64,000 nt of DNA from Candidatus Yanofskybacteria bacterium (GCA_003514055.1 DOSG01000002.1:79825-143824), one strand, 5' to 3'. Shown: positions 20,761 through 30,401, counted from the first letter of the stretch. Made by a program: numbers and translations. Notes: a model not told the origin generated them from the letters alone.

Positions 20761-20800
20761 TTTATTATTTAATCCAAGTAGACTCTGGCCTCATTCACCA

Positions 20801-20853
20801 GACCGATCAAACTAAAACACCGTATCTTATGCGGTGTTTTAGTTTGATCGGTC
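20801..20853. terminator. Perfect 22-bp hairpin between convergent genes
   Basis: GACCGATCAAACTAAAACACCG..CGGTGTTTTAGTTTGATCGGTC. Confidence 0.7.
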
Positions 20854-20912
20854 ACTTATTCGTCGTAGAGTAGGCCACGTATGGCATACTCTTAACTCGG
20901 GAATATAGATGT

Positions 20913-22040
20913 TTATCTCAGCTCTTTGATCATCCGTAGCTTCAAGCTTACGGCCGTTCCAATTGCAGTCAGGCTGAACAGAGAAATAACGGCATACCCT
21001 ACGAATGGAATGAACCAGAGGATAATATATGCGGCCACGCCAATTAACATAGTCTTCCAGCTAACGTCGAAATTCGTTTTCTTAGTAAGCCATTTATATA
21101 GAAGTGAACCTATGAATATCGGAGTTAAGGCACAGCTAAGGATACTAAGAGCAACAATACTTATGATGCCTAAAATTCCAAGCGGAATTCCAACGACCGT
21201 AACCAGAAGTAGAATAGATATTACGGGTAAGATAATAACAGTGACGAACCCCTTTCCAAGTGCGGCCCAGGGAGACTTGAAGGCAGTCTCAACTGCTTCA
21301 ACGCTGTAGCGTCTGAACATGATACCCATTAAGAATACTAGGACAATCATCATCAAGGCCTTCATGATCAACCAGAATGATATGAAAGCTTTGATAGGTC
21401 GACTTTCGTTACGCATCGCTTTCGATTCATAAGAAACTGTGCCAAGAATTTTTGCCTCGCTATCTCTAGACATTTCATTGGGTGAACGATAGGTAAGATT
21501 GCCGCTAATAACAGCTTTCGGTCCCAATTTCAATTGAGTGGCATCGACAATAATATCTCCAGTCACGGTGGAATTTATATATACCAATGCTCCTGCTATC
21601 CGAGCCTTACCTCGAACAGAAGCCTCGACATTAATTGAATTGCCGCCAAGTAAGAGGTCGCCACCCACTTGGCCACCGGAAACCGTAATCTGATTGCCGC
21701 CTATCATGGCATCGCCGCCAACGTTGCCCTGAATAAAAACAGTATTGCCGATAATCTTAACGTCGTCGTCGACATTGGCAGTAATGACAACATTGTTGCC
21801 AGCTGAAAAGAGATCTTGGCTGACCTGGTTACTTATGAGGACGGATTGACCTGCCGCAAAGAGATCTCCGATTATTGTACCAGTGACGGATACGCTACTG
21901 CCGGCGATATACAGATCATCGCTGACTATCTCTGACGAGCCGACGGTTGGGTTGCTTCCGCTCGTAAATGTCGCACCAAGAGCTACCGCTGGCAACAAAA
22001 GTGCCATGGCAACAAAGAGTATAATTTTTTGTTTGTTCAT
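20913..22040 (-). CDS. Secreted beta-helix (bactofilin/polymer-forming-like repeats) protein with C-terminal TM domain
   Basis: Signal peptide, repeated xGDLxxxG..VxI units, 4-5 C-terminal TM helices. Confidence 0.75.
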   Translation of the reverse strand: MNKQKIILFVAMALLLPAVALGATFTSGSNPTVGSSEIVSDDLYIAGSSVSVTGTIIGDLFAAGQSVLISNQVSQDLFSAGNNVVITANVDDDVKIIGNTVFIQGNVGGDAMIGGNQITVSGGQVGGDLLLGGNSINVEASVRGKARIAGALVYINSTVTGDIIVDATQLKLGPKAVISGNLTYRSPNEMSRDSEAKILGTVSYESKAMRNESRPIKAFISFWLIMKALMMIVLVFLMGIMFRRYSVEAVETAFKSPWAALGKGFVTVIILPVISILLLVTVVGIPLGILGIISIVALSILSCALTPIFIGSLLYKWLTKKTNFDVSWKTMLIGVAAYIILWFIPFVGYAVISLFSLTAIGTAVSLKLRMIKELR

Positions 22041-22211
22041 ATCTATACTATAGCAAGTATCAGCAAATTTTCCAAAAATTCTCTAGCCGACTAGCGTCGG
22101 TTTTTTATTCCCAACAGATTTTGGCCTCATTTGCTCAGCGTGATGCACTTGATTGACAGAACGCGATTTCGGTGGTATTATTAATATATCCTGAAATCTG
22201 GAGGTTGTGCC

Positions 22212-22421
22212 ATGCCCGACATTCGTAAGTGTGCAGTCTGTCGCGTTGAGTTTGACTTCGACGAGTCCGGGCTAGAGGGTCCAAACGACGTCGTGGTCTG
22301 CGGCGCGGTCTGTGCCAAAAAGTCTGCCGCCAGTCGTGGAAGCGAATATGTGATCCACGACGGCGAGGGGGCGGTAGTTGAGACGAACATCACTCCTGGC
22401 ATCAAGACTCACCGCTGGTAA
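22212..22421 (+). CDS. Small Zn-finger-like protein
   Basis: CAVC..CGAVC; GGAGG RBS; TTGACA promoter upstream. Confidence 0.65.
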   Translation: MPDIRKCAVCRVEFDFDESGLEGPNDVVVCGAVCAKKSAASRGSEYVIHDGEGAVVETNITPGIKTHRW

Positions 22422-22462
22422 TCTTATCTCGAACGCCACATCAAGGAACAGGAGGAGTGCAA

Positions 22463-22678
22463 ATGAAAGTCACGGTTCTCGAGAAACCGACCGGAGGAAC
22501 GTGGTCACGATCTGAGGTTGAGGCTATCATGGGGACAATGACCGAAGTCGAACAGCTACCGAGGCTGCCGAATCGTATCGTGCTCATGAACAAGCCGCTC
22601 CGTGGTTCGATCTCGTGCGCTCTGGGCCACACCAACTACGTCGCGCGAGAAGTGGACTACCACGATCGCTGGGCCTAG
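22463..22678 (+). CDS. Small hypothetical protein
   Basis: GGAGGA RBS, GC-rich, followed by a terminator. Confidence 0.6.
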   Translation: MKVTVLEKPTGGTWSRSEVEAIMGTMTEVEQLPRLPNRIVLMNKPLRGSISCALGHTNYVAREVDYHDRWA

Positions 22679-22861
22679 CTATCGGCCCGCCTACTTGGCG
22701 ACGGAAACCCGTCGACTCAAGTCGGCGGGCTTCTTTTTTTATCCATATCCAGCTGAGTCTTTTTGGGTGTTTGCCGAGGTTGTCGATCTGAATATGTTCT
22801 GTGAGCGAAGCAAGGCATGCGGATGGTTTACGAATATCGTTTTAATTGATATGCTAAAGTT

Positions 22862-23062
22862 ATGCAAAAAATAGCTACAAAAGTATTCGTCGGGGCGTCT
22901 GTCGCTTTCGGTATTATCGGACTGTCGATGGTTGTGACAACATCTCCTGAAAGCAACGGCCCGAATGTTGTTCTGTTGAAACTTCTCTTCACTAGCGTCA
23001 TTGTCATTTTAACCTCGTTCGCTCTAAGTGTAGCCAGTAAGTATCTCAACAATAAGTCCTAA
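22862..23062 (+). CDS. Small two-TM membrane protein
   Basis: Two hydrophobic helices; fills one inter-site interval. Confidence 0.7.
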   Translation: MQKIATKVFVGASVAFGIIGLSMVVTTSPESNGPNVVLLKLLFTSVIVILTSFALSVASKYLNNKS

Positions 23063-23264
23063 TCTCAGTTAGGTTATAGAATTGATGCCCAAGAGGAGAG
23101 GGGCGCGTCTTTCAAAAAGTGCCTTAAATGGGCACTTTTTGGTATTGCAAACGTTACAGTTTCGTGCTATAATATAAATAATGTTGTGGCGTCTAACCTG
23201 GGCGTCGCGAACAGACCGTAAACCAACGATCCAGCACAGCTGGACGGATGGAAGGAGAGCGGCT

Positions 23265-23693
23265 ATGGCAACTATGGTGTTGCTCGACAACAATGGCGAG
23301 AAAGTACGGACTCTCGGGTCGATCATCAATCCGAACCCGGATCTGGTCATCCCGCAGGGGTGGATGCTCAGTTGGGAAAATCAGTTCATGGAGGTCCTCG
23401 CAAAGGACCACCTGAACAACGCCGTACTAACGCATGGGAAGGCTCTCGTTCTGGTCACCGCTATGATGAGTACGGTTGTGGTCCGGATTGAGAGCCCGAA
23501 CGTGAAGGACCTGGTCGAGGCGATCGACCTCGTGACCCGGTACCTTGGCGGCGAGGTTGCCACCTTCAGCCCCAACGCCGCCAACAATTCGTTCATTGGC
23601 GGTATCAAGAATGACCTCATCTTCCTTTGGGGGAAGACGACTCAGGCCATTCGCTCGCTACGGCAGCGGATTGGTTTCAAGATCGCACGCTAA
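23265..23693 (+). CDS. GC-rich hypothetical protein, copy 2
   Basis: Paralog of 17222-17650 with the same promoter/RBS/terminator layout. Confidence 0.8.
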   Translation: MATMVLLDNNGEKVRTLGSIINPNPDLVIPQGWMLSWENQFMEVLAKDHLNNAVLTHGKALVLVTAMMSTVVVRIESPNVKDLVEAIDLVTRYLGGEVATFSPNAANNSFIGGIKNDLIFLWGKTTQAIRSLRQRIGFKIAR

Positions 23694-23771
23694 GCGTGCA
23701 TGCCTCGCATCGAGACAGGGGACCTCAATCCTTGTCTAGTGCGAGGCCCTTTGTTTTTATTCGTACCGAAT

Positions 23772-25073
23772 TTATTTTAGGAACCAAGCCTTAACGACTT
23801 CTTCAGATGGTTTGTTGCGGAAGCCGGCCGATATCGATATCAGGGGCCTTACTTCTGGATCGAGAGCATCATCCCAGGCGAAATTACCGACGTTAATCCT
23901 GACGATATTCGTTGCATCTCGGACCACCGAAAAGAAGGAATTAAAAGCTTTGGCTTGCTCGTTGTAATCACTTTCAAGGGCTCTGATCGATGGGTTTTTG
24001 GAATCGAGATATTCGACTGGGCCAGCAAAAGTGCCGTCTGTATAGCTGGATGGTGCGAAGAATAGAGATACCTTTATTCCCTTCGCAATGGCCTTTCGGT
24101 TAACATCTTCGATCATTCTTCCCATCGCCGCATCGAATGATTCTTCTCCGTCTATTTTGTACTTGCCAGGTATAGCGTATATTTTTATCTCAATCACGTC
24201 GGCTTCCTTGTAATAATCATATTTTGTCCAATCTTCCTTTCCGTTTTTGCCGTCGATAAACCCGTATATATTCAGATCAGTCATTATCTCTCCTTTAAAA
24301 TTCTCCTTGACCTTAGATATGAGTTTTTTCCATAATCTATTCGCAAGCTCCTCGTGTCTAGTAAACGTTGGGTCCTGGAACATGGGCGATATGGACATAA
24401 TATCGACTCCAGCTTCCTGGTACATCTTACCCTTCTCTGATAATCGCGATTCCCATTTTTCGAAGTAATTGGAAATCCATTCTTCCGTATGTGAACTGTT
24501 GAAGTCTTCGTAATCTTTCGCGACGTCTGTGGTAATATCTCCTTTTATCCCAGACAATATGAATTTCCCGATATTCACGAAGGCCAGATTTCTTTTTATG
24601 CCAAGTTTCATCCCGCGTGAATGGGCGGCTTCTACGAGCTTCTCCAGATCCTCGGAGTTTATTGATTCGTCACGCATATCGTTCCAGAATGTTTCGTCAG
24701 CTAACTGATATGAAGTACTTTTATAGTCTGTCTCGTCGTCATATAGAGCCCTGTCAAAATCGTGTATGAATATCTCTTTGGCGCCAAGAGTTCTTACTCG
24801 TTCGAATGAACTCTCAATATTGGCCTGCGTCGTTTCGAACATTCCCATATTGTAGTTTCGGCCCCATGTGTCGTACATATTAACCGCTTTTATTTGAGGC
24901 AGAGGGGATGGAGAAACCGATACTTCATATTTGTGTACTATAAATTCTCCACGGCACCAGGGAGGAGTCGGCCATGGTCCGACAGGTGGGCAGATATTGG
25001 AAGCGAACATCGCGCCGATTAGTAGAAGAAGGATCGCCGCGATGATCGCAAGATAGATAAAAGTTTTTCTCAT
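23772..25073 (-). CDS. Membrane-anchored putative glycoside hydrolase (TIM-barrel, GH113-like)
   Basis: N-terminal TM, AHSRGMKL, W..LI..V...F.G, NKPSEEVVK.W C-terminus. Confidence 0.55.
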   Translation of the reverse strand: MRKTFIYLAIIAAILLLLIGAMFASNICPPVGPWPTPPWCRGEFIVHKYEVSVSPSPLPQIKAVNMYDTWGRNYNMGMFETTQANIESSFERVRTLGAKEIFIHDFDRALYDDETDYKSTSYQLADETFWNDMRDESINSEDLEKLVEAAHSRGMKLGIKRNLAFVNIGKFILSGIKGDITTDVAKDYEDFNSSHTEEWISNYFEKWESRLSEKGKMYQEAGVDIMSISPMFQDPTFTRHEELANRLWKKLISKVKENFKGEIMTDLNIYGFIDGKNGKEDWTKYDYYKEADVIEIKIYAIPGKYKIDGEESFDAAMGRMIEDVNRKAIAKGIKVSLFFAPSSYTDGTFAGPVEYLDSKNPSIRALESDYNEQAKAFNSFFSVVRDATNIVRINVGNFAWDDALDPEVRPLISISAGFRNKPSEEVVKAWFLK

Positions 25074-25503
25074 ATATTAATTATTTTATTGGAACACTAG
25101 TATATTTAATCATTAAAAGGAGTGCGGAGCAACGAGAATGAAAAAGACATCCAGTATCATTTATATCTATTGGCAGTAATTTTTTGCTGAGATTATCGAT
25201 TAAACTGAATTTATTGAATGCGTGGACGTTTAAAATGGATTGTGATTAAATTTAAAAATGGTTATAGATATAGAATTAACCTTGAACAGGTTTGGATTCG
25301 GTAAAATCGACGCGAATAAATTTCAGCTGTTTTGCTTCAGGTTTTCTAGGTGGGAGATCCCTGGCAAGTATTCTATTTCCTTCGAGATAAATTGGCGAGT
25401 TAAAGAATAAGCTCCCGCCTTAATGCGTCTGGATTTAAGACCTTGACAGCCTAACGAAACTGATGTATTTCTTGAATAAGCACATTTACAAAGGAGCTGG
25501 CAC

Positions 25504-26628
25504 ATGGCGAATTGGTGGGAATCAGAACCAGAAAAAACTCAAGAACAAAAAGACTATGAGGCGGGTCAAAAAGAGGGATCGCAATGTAATTCGATGGGCG
25601 CAGCATTTAGGCACGATGTTCTTGTGGGCTTCCACAGTGAGGCATTCGAGAGAGGGTTTGATAATGGTTATGCTAACCAGCCGGAGCCTCCCAGAGAAGA
25701 GCCCGATGTGGATGAAGGATCAAGCTCAGACGATGATGACTATGGTAGCTATAGTTATTCGTCTTCTTCCAGTAGCACAAACATCTCTTCTCCGCCCGGA
25801 GACTCACCTAGCAATGCTATAGGGCGGGTTATCTTGGGTAGTATTATTGTTGTCTTGGTGATGTTCTGTACTCTAATTATGGGGCCAAATCATCAACATG
25901 TAGCGAATGATGATACTCAACCATCATATCGCGAGGCAATCATAAATGAACCGACGCATGTATCACCATCGGAAGATGGACCTCGCAAGACTATCCCAAA
26001 AAGCGTTGAAGACATTAATCGTATCGACAAGAGCCTCGGTGATAATAATGAAGATAAAAATCTTGACGCCGTATTCGACACATCCATTGTCCATTCCATA
26101 GATGTGGAGCTCGAAAGAGACTATTTTGCTTCTCATTGGGGCACAGTAGACACAAGATCGGCCAAGAAACATTTCAGGATATCAAAGTCTTTTTCTCGGA
26201 AGGTCCTAGTAAGTGGACATCTAGCTTCTAGCGAGGCGTTTACTGCTCCCGAATGGAAGTTAGATCTGGAAGAGTGTAATGCTCTCAACGATCCAGAAGG
26301 AGATAGGGAGGTTGAGATGATATTTTTTCAGATAAATCCTGACGATATTCTGGTGGGCGAGGAGATGAATAAGGCTTACGATGAACTAGGGTTAAGAGCA
26401 GATCCCTATGCACTAGCCGCCGTAAATCATAAAGATAAAACATTCTCGCGCCGCTATCCGAATATGACATTTTGGAGTATTCCGCAAGATTCCAAAGACT
26501 ATCAGGTTTTAATGTTCAGAGAGATCAAATCCGAAGATACGCTTAATATATATTGCGGCCATGTTCCTTTCTCGTGGCACTATATGGCATTTGGTGTTAA
26601 TTGGTGGTATGCCGGAATCAGGAAATAA
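25504..26628 (+). CDS. Hypothetical single-pass membrane protein
   Basis: AAGGAG RBS; acidic/Ser-rich N-terminus, TM, globular C-terminus. Confidence 0.65.
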   Translation: MANWWESEPEKTQEQKDYEAGQKEGSQCNSMGAAFRHDVLVGFHSEAFERGFDNGYANQPEPPREEPDVDEGSSSDDDDYGSYSYSSSSSSTNISSPPGDSPSNAIGRVILGSIIVVLVMFCTLIMGPNHQHVANDDTQPSYREAIINEPTHVSPSEDGPRKTIPKSVEDINRIDKSLGDNNEDKNLDAVFDTSIVHSIDVELERDYFASHWGTVDTRSAKKHFRISKSFSRKVLVSGHLASSEAFTAPEWKLDLEECNALNDPEGDREVEMIFFQINPDDILVGEEMNKAYDELGLRADPYALAAVNHKDKTFSRRYPNMTFWSIPQDSKDYQVLMFREIKSEDTLNIYCGHVPFSWHYMAFGVNWWYAGIRK

Positions 26629-26775
26629 CAATCTGTCCAGAATATGGACTTGATGGCCAACAATGGCCATCTTTTTTTATAATTCTATAGTGAAGTCCAA
26701 CGATAGTTTTAGAGAGCAATCTTTTAATTATTTTATAAAAATGACAGAATAGGAGTAAATGCAAAATATAATTAT

Positions 26776-27819
26776 ATGGATAACAAACATCATTCTCATT
26801 ATTTTCTACTTTTAGCGCTCGCGACATCGATTATCGTCTTGTATTTTGTAGCTAAGCCATTTTTAAGTCCATTGATATTGGCTGCTGTATTCGCGTTTCT
26901 CTTCCAGGTGATCTACAAAAAGTTTTTAGGTATTTTCATAAATCGAGAGAGCTTGGCGGCATTTCTCACAACTCTCGTCGCTATTATTCTGATCTTATTA
27001 CCGATCGTGCTTTTGGGAACTCAGATCTTCAAAGAATCTAGCCAGCTGTATCAATCCCTCGTGCATAGCGGTGGAGGAAATTTTGTTGATTCGATGGAAA
27101 ATATATTAAACCAAGCCCGCACTATTCTCCCGATTCCTGCAGATTTTGAATTCAACTTTGATCAATATGCTAGGCAGGGGCTAGACGTGCTGATTAGAAA
27201 CTTTGGCGCAGTGTTTTCAAGTTTTGCCAAGATATTACTCAATACGTTCGTATTCCTTATTGCTTTTTATTTCTTTCTCAAAGACGGCGATAGACTAAAA
27301 AATTATCTCATTGCGCTGAGTCCCCTCAACGATACGGATGATGATTTCATTGTGTCACGCTTGAAGGTGGCCGTGTCCGCGGCTATGAAAGGAAACTTAG
27401 CTATTGGGCTCGTTCAAGGAGCTTTAACCGGTATTGGTTTTGCAATCTTCGGCGTGCCTAATCCCGCGCTTTGGGGAGGCGTTGCCGTTGTGGCTGCTTT
27501 TCTTCCTGGTATTGGAACGGCGCTGGTCATTACTCCGGCGATCATCTTTTTGTTTCTTACCAATAGCACATTTGGTGGAGTTGGGCTCCTGGTGTGGGGG
27601 ATGATAGCAGTTGGCCTTATCGATAACCTCTTGGGCCCCAAGCTTGTTGGCCGTGGTATGCAGCTACATTCGCTTGCGGTATTCATCTCCGTCTTGGGTG
27701 GACTGGCTTTCTTTGGTCCGTTGGGATTCCTTTTGGGGCCACTTGCTATGAGTGTTTGCATGGCCTTGATTGATATATACGTCTTACTTAAGGTGCGAGA
27801 GAATAAGATTATGAGTTAG
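26776..27819 (+). CDS. AI-2E family transporter
   Basis: FFLKDG, IDNLLGPKLVG, FGPLGFLLGP. Confidence 0.9.
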   Translation: MDNKHHSHYFLLLALATSIIVLYFVAKPFLSPLILAAVFAFLFQVIYKKFLGIFINRESLAAFLTTLVAIILILLPIVLLGTQIFKESSQLYQSLVHSGGGNFVDSMENILNQARTILPIPADFEFNFDQYARQGLDVLIRNFGAVFSSFAKILLNTFVFLIAFYFFLKDGDRLKNYLIALSPLNDTDDDFIVSRLKVAVSAAMKGNLAIGLVQGALTGIGFAIFGVPNPALWGGVAVVAAFLPGIGTALVITPAIIFLFLTNSTFGGVGLLVWGMIAVGLIDNLLGPKLVGRGMQLHSLAVFISVLGGLAFFGPLGFLLGPLAMSVCMALIDIYVLLKVRENKIMS

Positions 27820-27863
27820 TCTTATTGGTCATATAAATCTTTTAAAAATCGTATAATAAATTT

Positions 27864-28631
27864 ATGAAAAACATATTTATGAAAATATTTGCCGGTGTCT
27901 CTTATGTCGCCATGGTAGTGGTGAATTTTTTGGCTAATAGTTTGCCCATTAATAATCGTTCCACCGGAGAGATATCGAATGCCTATCCTAACCTATTTGC
28001 ACCAGCGGGCGTGACTTTTTCTATCTGGGGCTTGATTTATCTTCTACTGGCTGGCTATGTGATTTATCAATTTACAAAAAGCGGTCAGCAAAGAGAGGGG
28101 ATTTTCAGAAAGATCAACCCACTTTTTATCGCCACCTCTCTTGCTAACATGACGTGGATATTTGCTTGGCACTATGACTATATCGGCCTCTCAGTTTTTA
28201 TAATGGCGATATTACTCGTTCTTCTTATTAAGATCGCAGATGTTCTTCGCGCGGAGCGATTTACTTCGTCGGAGAAGTTTTTTATTTGGGCGCCATTTAG
28301 CGTGTACTTTGGCTGGATTACCGTGGCAGCGATTGCTAATATAACGGTATTTTTGATCAGTATTGGTTGGAAGGGATTTGGAGTTGCTGACTTTGTCTGG
28401 ACTAGCATTATTTTAATCGTCGGCGCGCTCATTGGTATCTTGCGCATGCGCAAAGATAAAAATATTGCCTATGGTCTAGTGCTGATCTGGGCGTATTTGG
28501 GGATTCTTTTGAAGCACCTATCGGCCGACGGTTTTAATGGGCAATATCCCAGCATCATTGTCGCAGTAATTATATGCCTAGTTATGTTTATATTTTTTGT
28601 GGGGAGGATATCTTATGGCAAGCAGTATTAA
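27864..28631 (+). CDS. Tryptophan-rich sensory (TspO-like) membrane protein
   Basis: NLFAPAGVTFSIWGLIY, FSVYFGWITVA. Confidence 0.75.
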   Translation: MKNIFMKIFAGVSYVAMVVVNFLANSLPINNRSTGEISNAYPNLFAPAGVTFSIWGLIYLLLAGYVIYQFTKSGQQREGIFRKINPLFIATSLANMTWIFAWHYDYIGLSVFIMAILLVLLIKIADVLRAERFTSSEKFFIWAPFSVYFGWITVAAIANITVFLISIGWKGFGVADFVWTSIILIVGALIGILRMRKDKNIAYGLVLIWAYLGILLKHLSADGFNGQYPSIIVAVIICLVMFIFFVGRISYGKQY

Positions 28632-28787
28632 CTATTTCGATTGCAATTGTAGCTCTTATTATTGTCGGCGGAAGAGGGCAGGATTTTATTGATAGTATCC
28701 ATTCTGCTTATAACGGCGAATATCTTCTTATGTCTCTCGTCATTGCGATGCCCCTTTAATCCTGGACGGATTTTTGCTATGGTACTC

Positions 28788-29336
28788 ATGCCTATGAATA
28801 GTCTTACAGACGAACAATTAGTCCAGAAATACCTCGGGAAAGACGATAAAGCCCTAGAGGGGCTTATTAAGCGATATCTGCCCATTATTTTTGGTTTTGT
28901 TAAAAGATATACCGGTAATCAAGATACTGCCTCTGACGTTGCACAGGAAGTTTTCGTTAAAGTCTGGAAAAATCTTAAAAATTTTGATCAGTCTAAAAGT
29001 TTTCGAACTTGGATATTCACCATTGCAAAACGAACGGCCATTGATGAGCTAAGAAAAAAGAATGCTTTGCCTTTCTCTGTTTTGAAGGAAAACGGATTCC
29101 CCGAATCTATAGTTGATGAATCTCCGTCAATTCCGGATCAGATATTTGCCCAAGAACAATCTAGGAAGCTCTCAGCGGCCTTGGCTAGGCTACCAGTAGG
29201 CTATAATTCCGTAATCAATCTATATTCTAATAACGGTCTAAATTTTAGGGAGATTGCCATTTTACTCAATGAACCGCTGAATACCGTAAAGAGTAGATAT
29301 AGGCGAGGCCTAGCTTTGTTAAGGAAGCTACTCTAG
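28788..29336 (+). CDS. ECF sigma factor
   Basis: DVAQEVFVKVW, FRTWIFTIAK, EIA..L..PLNTVKSR. Confidence 0.9.
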   Translation: MPMNSLTDEQLVQKYLGKDDKALEGLIKRYLPIIFGFVKRYTGNQDTASDVAQEVFVKVWKNLKNFDQSKSFRTWIFTIAKRTAIDELRKKNALPFSVLKENGFPESIVDESPSIPDQIFAQEQSRKLSAALARLPVGYNSVINLYSNNGLNFREIAILLNEPLNTVKSRYRRGLALLRKLL

Positions 29337-29355
29337 ATATACAAATGATTTCAGG

Positions 29356-29395
29356 GCACAAAGGATGCACCAAAGTGCATCCTTTGTGCGTATTA
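29356..29395 (+). promoter_or_regulatory. 15-bp hairpin containing an ECF-type promoter (TGCACC-N17-CGTA)
   Basis: GCACAAAGGATGCAC-CAAA-GTGCATCCTTTGTGC followed by GTATTA. Confidence 0.45.
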
Positions 29396-29401
29396 GTATG
29401 T

Positions 29402-29842
29402 ATGCGAGATCAAAAAGATAATCAACGATTTGAGGATATGCCCTCGGTTAGACTTCCTCGAAGCTTATTCTCGCGCATCATAAAAAGATTGGGCTTGGAG
29501 AAAGAGCTTATTCTGGCGAAGAGATATCTGGGTTTTTTTGTAGTCCTACTCATGATCTTTTTGTTCTTGTCGATCTTTGCCTTTATCGGAATAAAACATG
29601 TCTTATCAGAATCTAACCTAGAATTTTTCATCTCTCTTATATTCTCTGATCCTGGCGTAGTGATTAAATATTGGGACAGTTTTGCTTTTGCGGCCTTTGA
29701 GTCGATGCCTGGCATCACGGCCACGGCACTACTTCTTTCAGTAGCTTTTCTAGCCCTTTTTATCAGACTCGCTGCTCTTGCTTTTGAAAAACTTTTTACG
29801 GTTATTAAATTAATTAATAAACAGAAACATGGACACAAATAG
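29402..29842 (+). CDS. Putative membrane anti-sigma-like protein
   Basis: Follows the ECF gene; TM helices. Confidence 0.6.
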   Translation: MRDQKDNQRFEDMPSVRLPRSLFSRIIKRLGLEKELILAKRYLGFFVVLLMIFLFLSIFAFIGIKHVLSESNLEFFISLIFSDPGVVIKYWDSFAFAAFESMPGITATALLLSVAFLALFIRLAALAFEKLFTVIKLINKQKHGHK

Positions 29843-30395
29843 TTCGGATTTATCCACTACGAGTAAAATATTGGACTTTATTAAGTCAAAAAAAATAGTT
29901 GTTGTTATCGTAGCCCTTTTTGGTTTTGCCATGCTCTTGGGGACATTTAGCGTCGGAGTCGCAGTCGGATATCGTAAGGCTAAGTTCTCGTATGCCTGGG
30001 GAGAAAATTATCATCGAAATTTTGCCGGACCAAGGGATGGATTCATGGGAGAATTTAACCAAGAATTGAATGGCGGCGATTTCATCGGTGGGCATGGTAC
30101 TTTTGGGCAGATAATCAACATGGCTGGTTCTGAGCTGGTAGTCCGAGGCAAGGACAATGTTGAGAAAATTATAGTTATTAACGCGAATACTGATATTAGA
30201 CGCTTCAAAGATGCGATTCAAATGAAAGATCTCACAATTGACGAATCGATTGTAGTGATTGGAGAACCTAACGACAAAGGCCAGACCGTGGCTAAATTCA
30301 TTAGAATTATGCCTGCTTCCCCGACAGACCGGCCATTGCCTGCTTCGCCAGGGCTTCAGCGAGGCGAGCCGTCTCCTCGTTTACCACGAAGATAA
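29829..30395 (+). CDS. Membrane-anchored OB-fold (DUF5666-like) protein
   Basis: TM, WGENYHRNF, G.I...DL..D..V.V.G pattern. Confidence 0.6.
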   Translation: MDTNSSDLSTTSKILDFIKSKKIVVVIVALFGFAMLLGTFSVGVAVGYRKAKFSYAWGENYHRNFAGPRDGFMGEFNQELNGGDFIGGHGTFGQIINMAGSELVVRGKDNVEKIIVINANTDIRRFKDAIQMKDLTIDESIVVIGEPNDKGQTVAKFIRIMPASPTDRPLPASPGLQRGEPSPRLPRR

Positions 30396-30401
30396 AAATA
30401 T

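Larger units (their letters stand above)
15010..23110 (+). repeat. Array of 13 degenerate intergenic sites (core CTGA-N16-GAGC)
   Basis: Core starts at 15018, 15807, 16147, 17039, 17769, 18102, 19449, 19784 (N12), 20183, 20785 (truncated), 22121, 22788, 23076; the copies at 17757-17792 and 19437-19472 are identical over 36 bp. Confidence 0.8.

Noticed and set aside
15010-23110. CRISPR array, classical attC or Xer dif-module interpretation of the repeats
   Set aside because: Spacers are whole genes of 0.3-1.3 kb; there is no cas or intI gene; the sites are too short for attC and do not resemble dif.
17169-23396. Diversity-generating retroelement (TR/VR) for the duplicated gene
   Set aside because: Differences are not adenine-specific, many are synonymous, and no reverse transcriptase is in the window.
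25100-25135. Possible 14th site (TTAA-N17-GAGC, ending TGCGGAGC); another weak match at ~16984
   Set aside because: Spacing is off or the match is too degenerate to support by eye; needs a PWM score.
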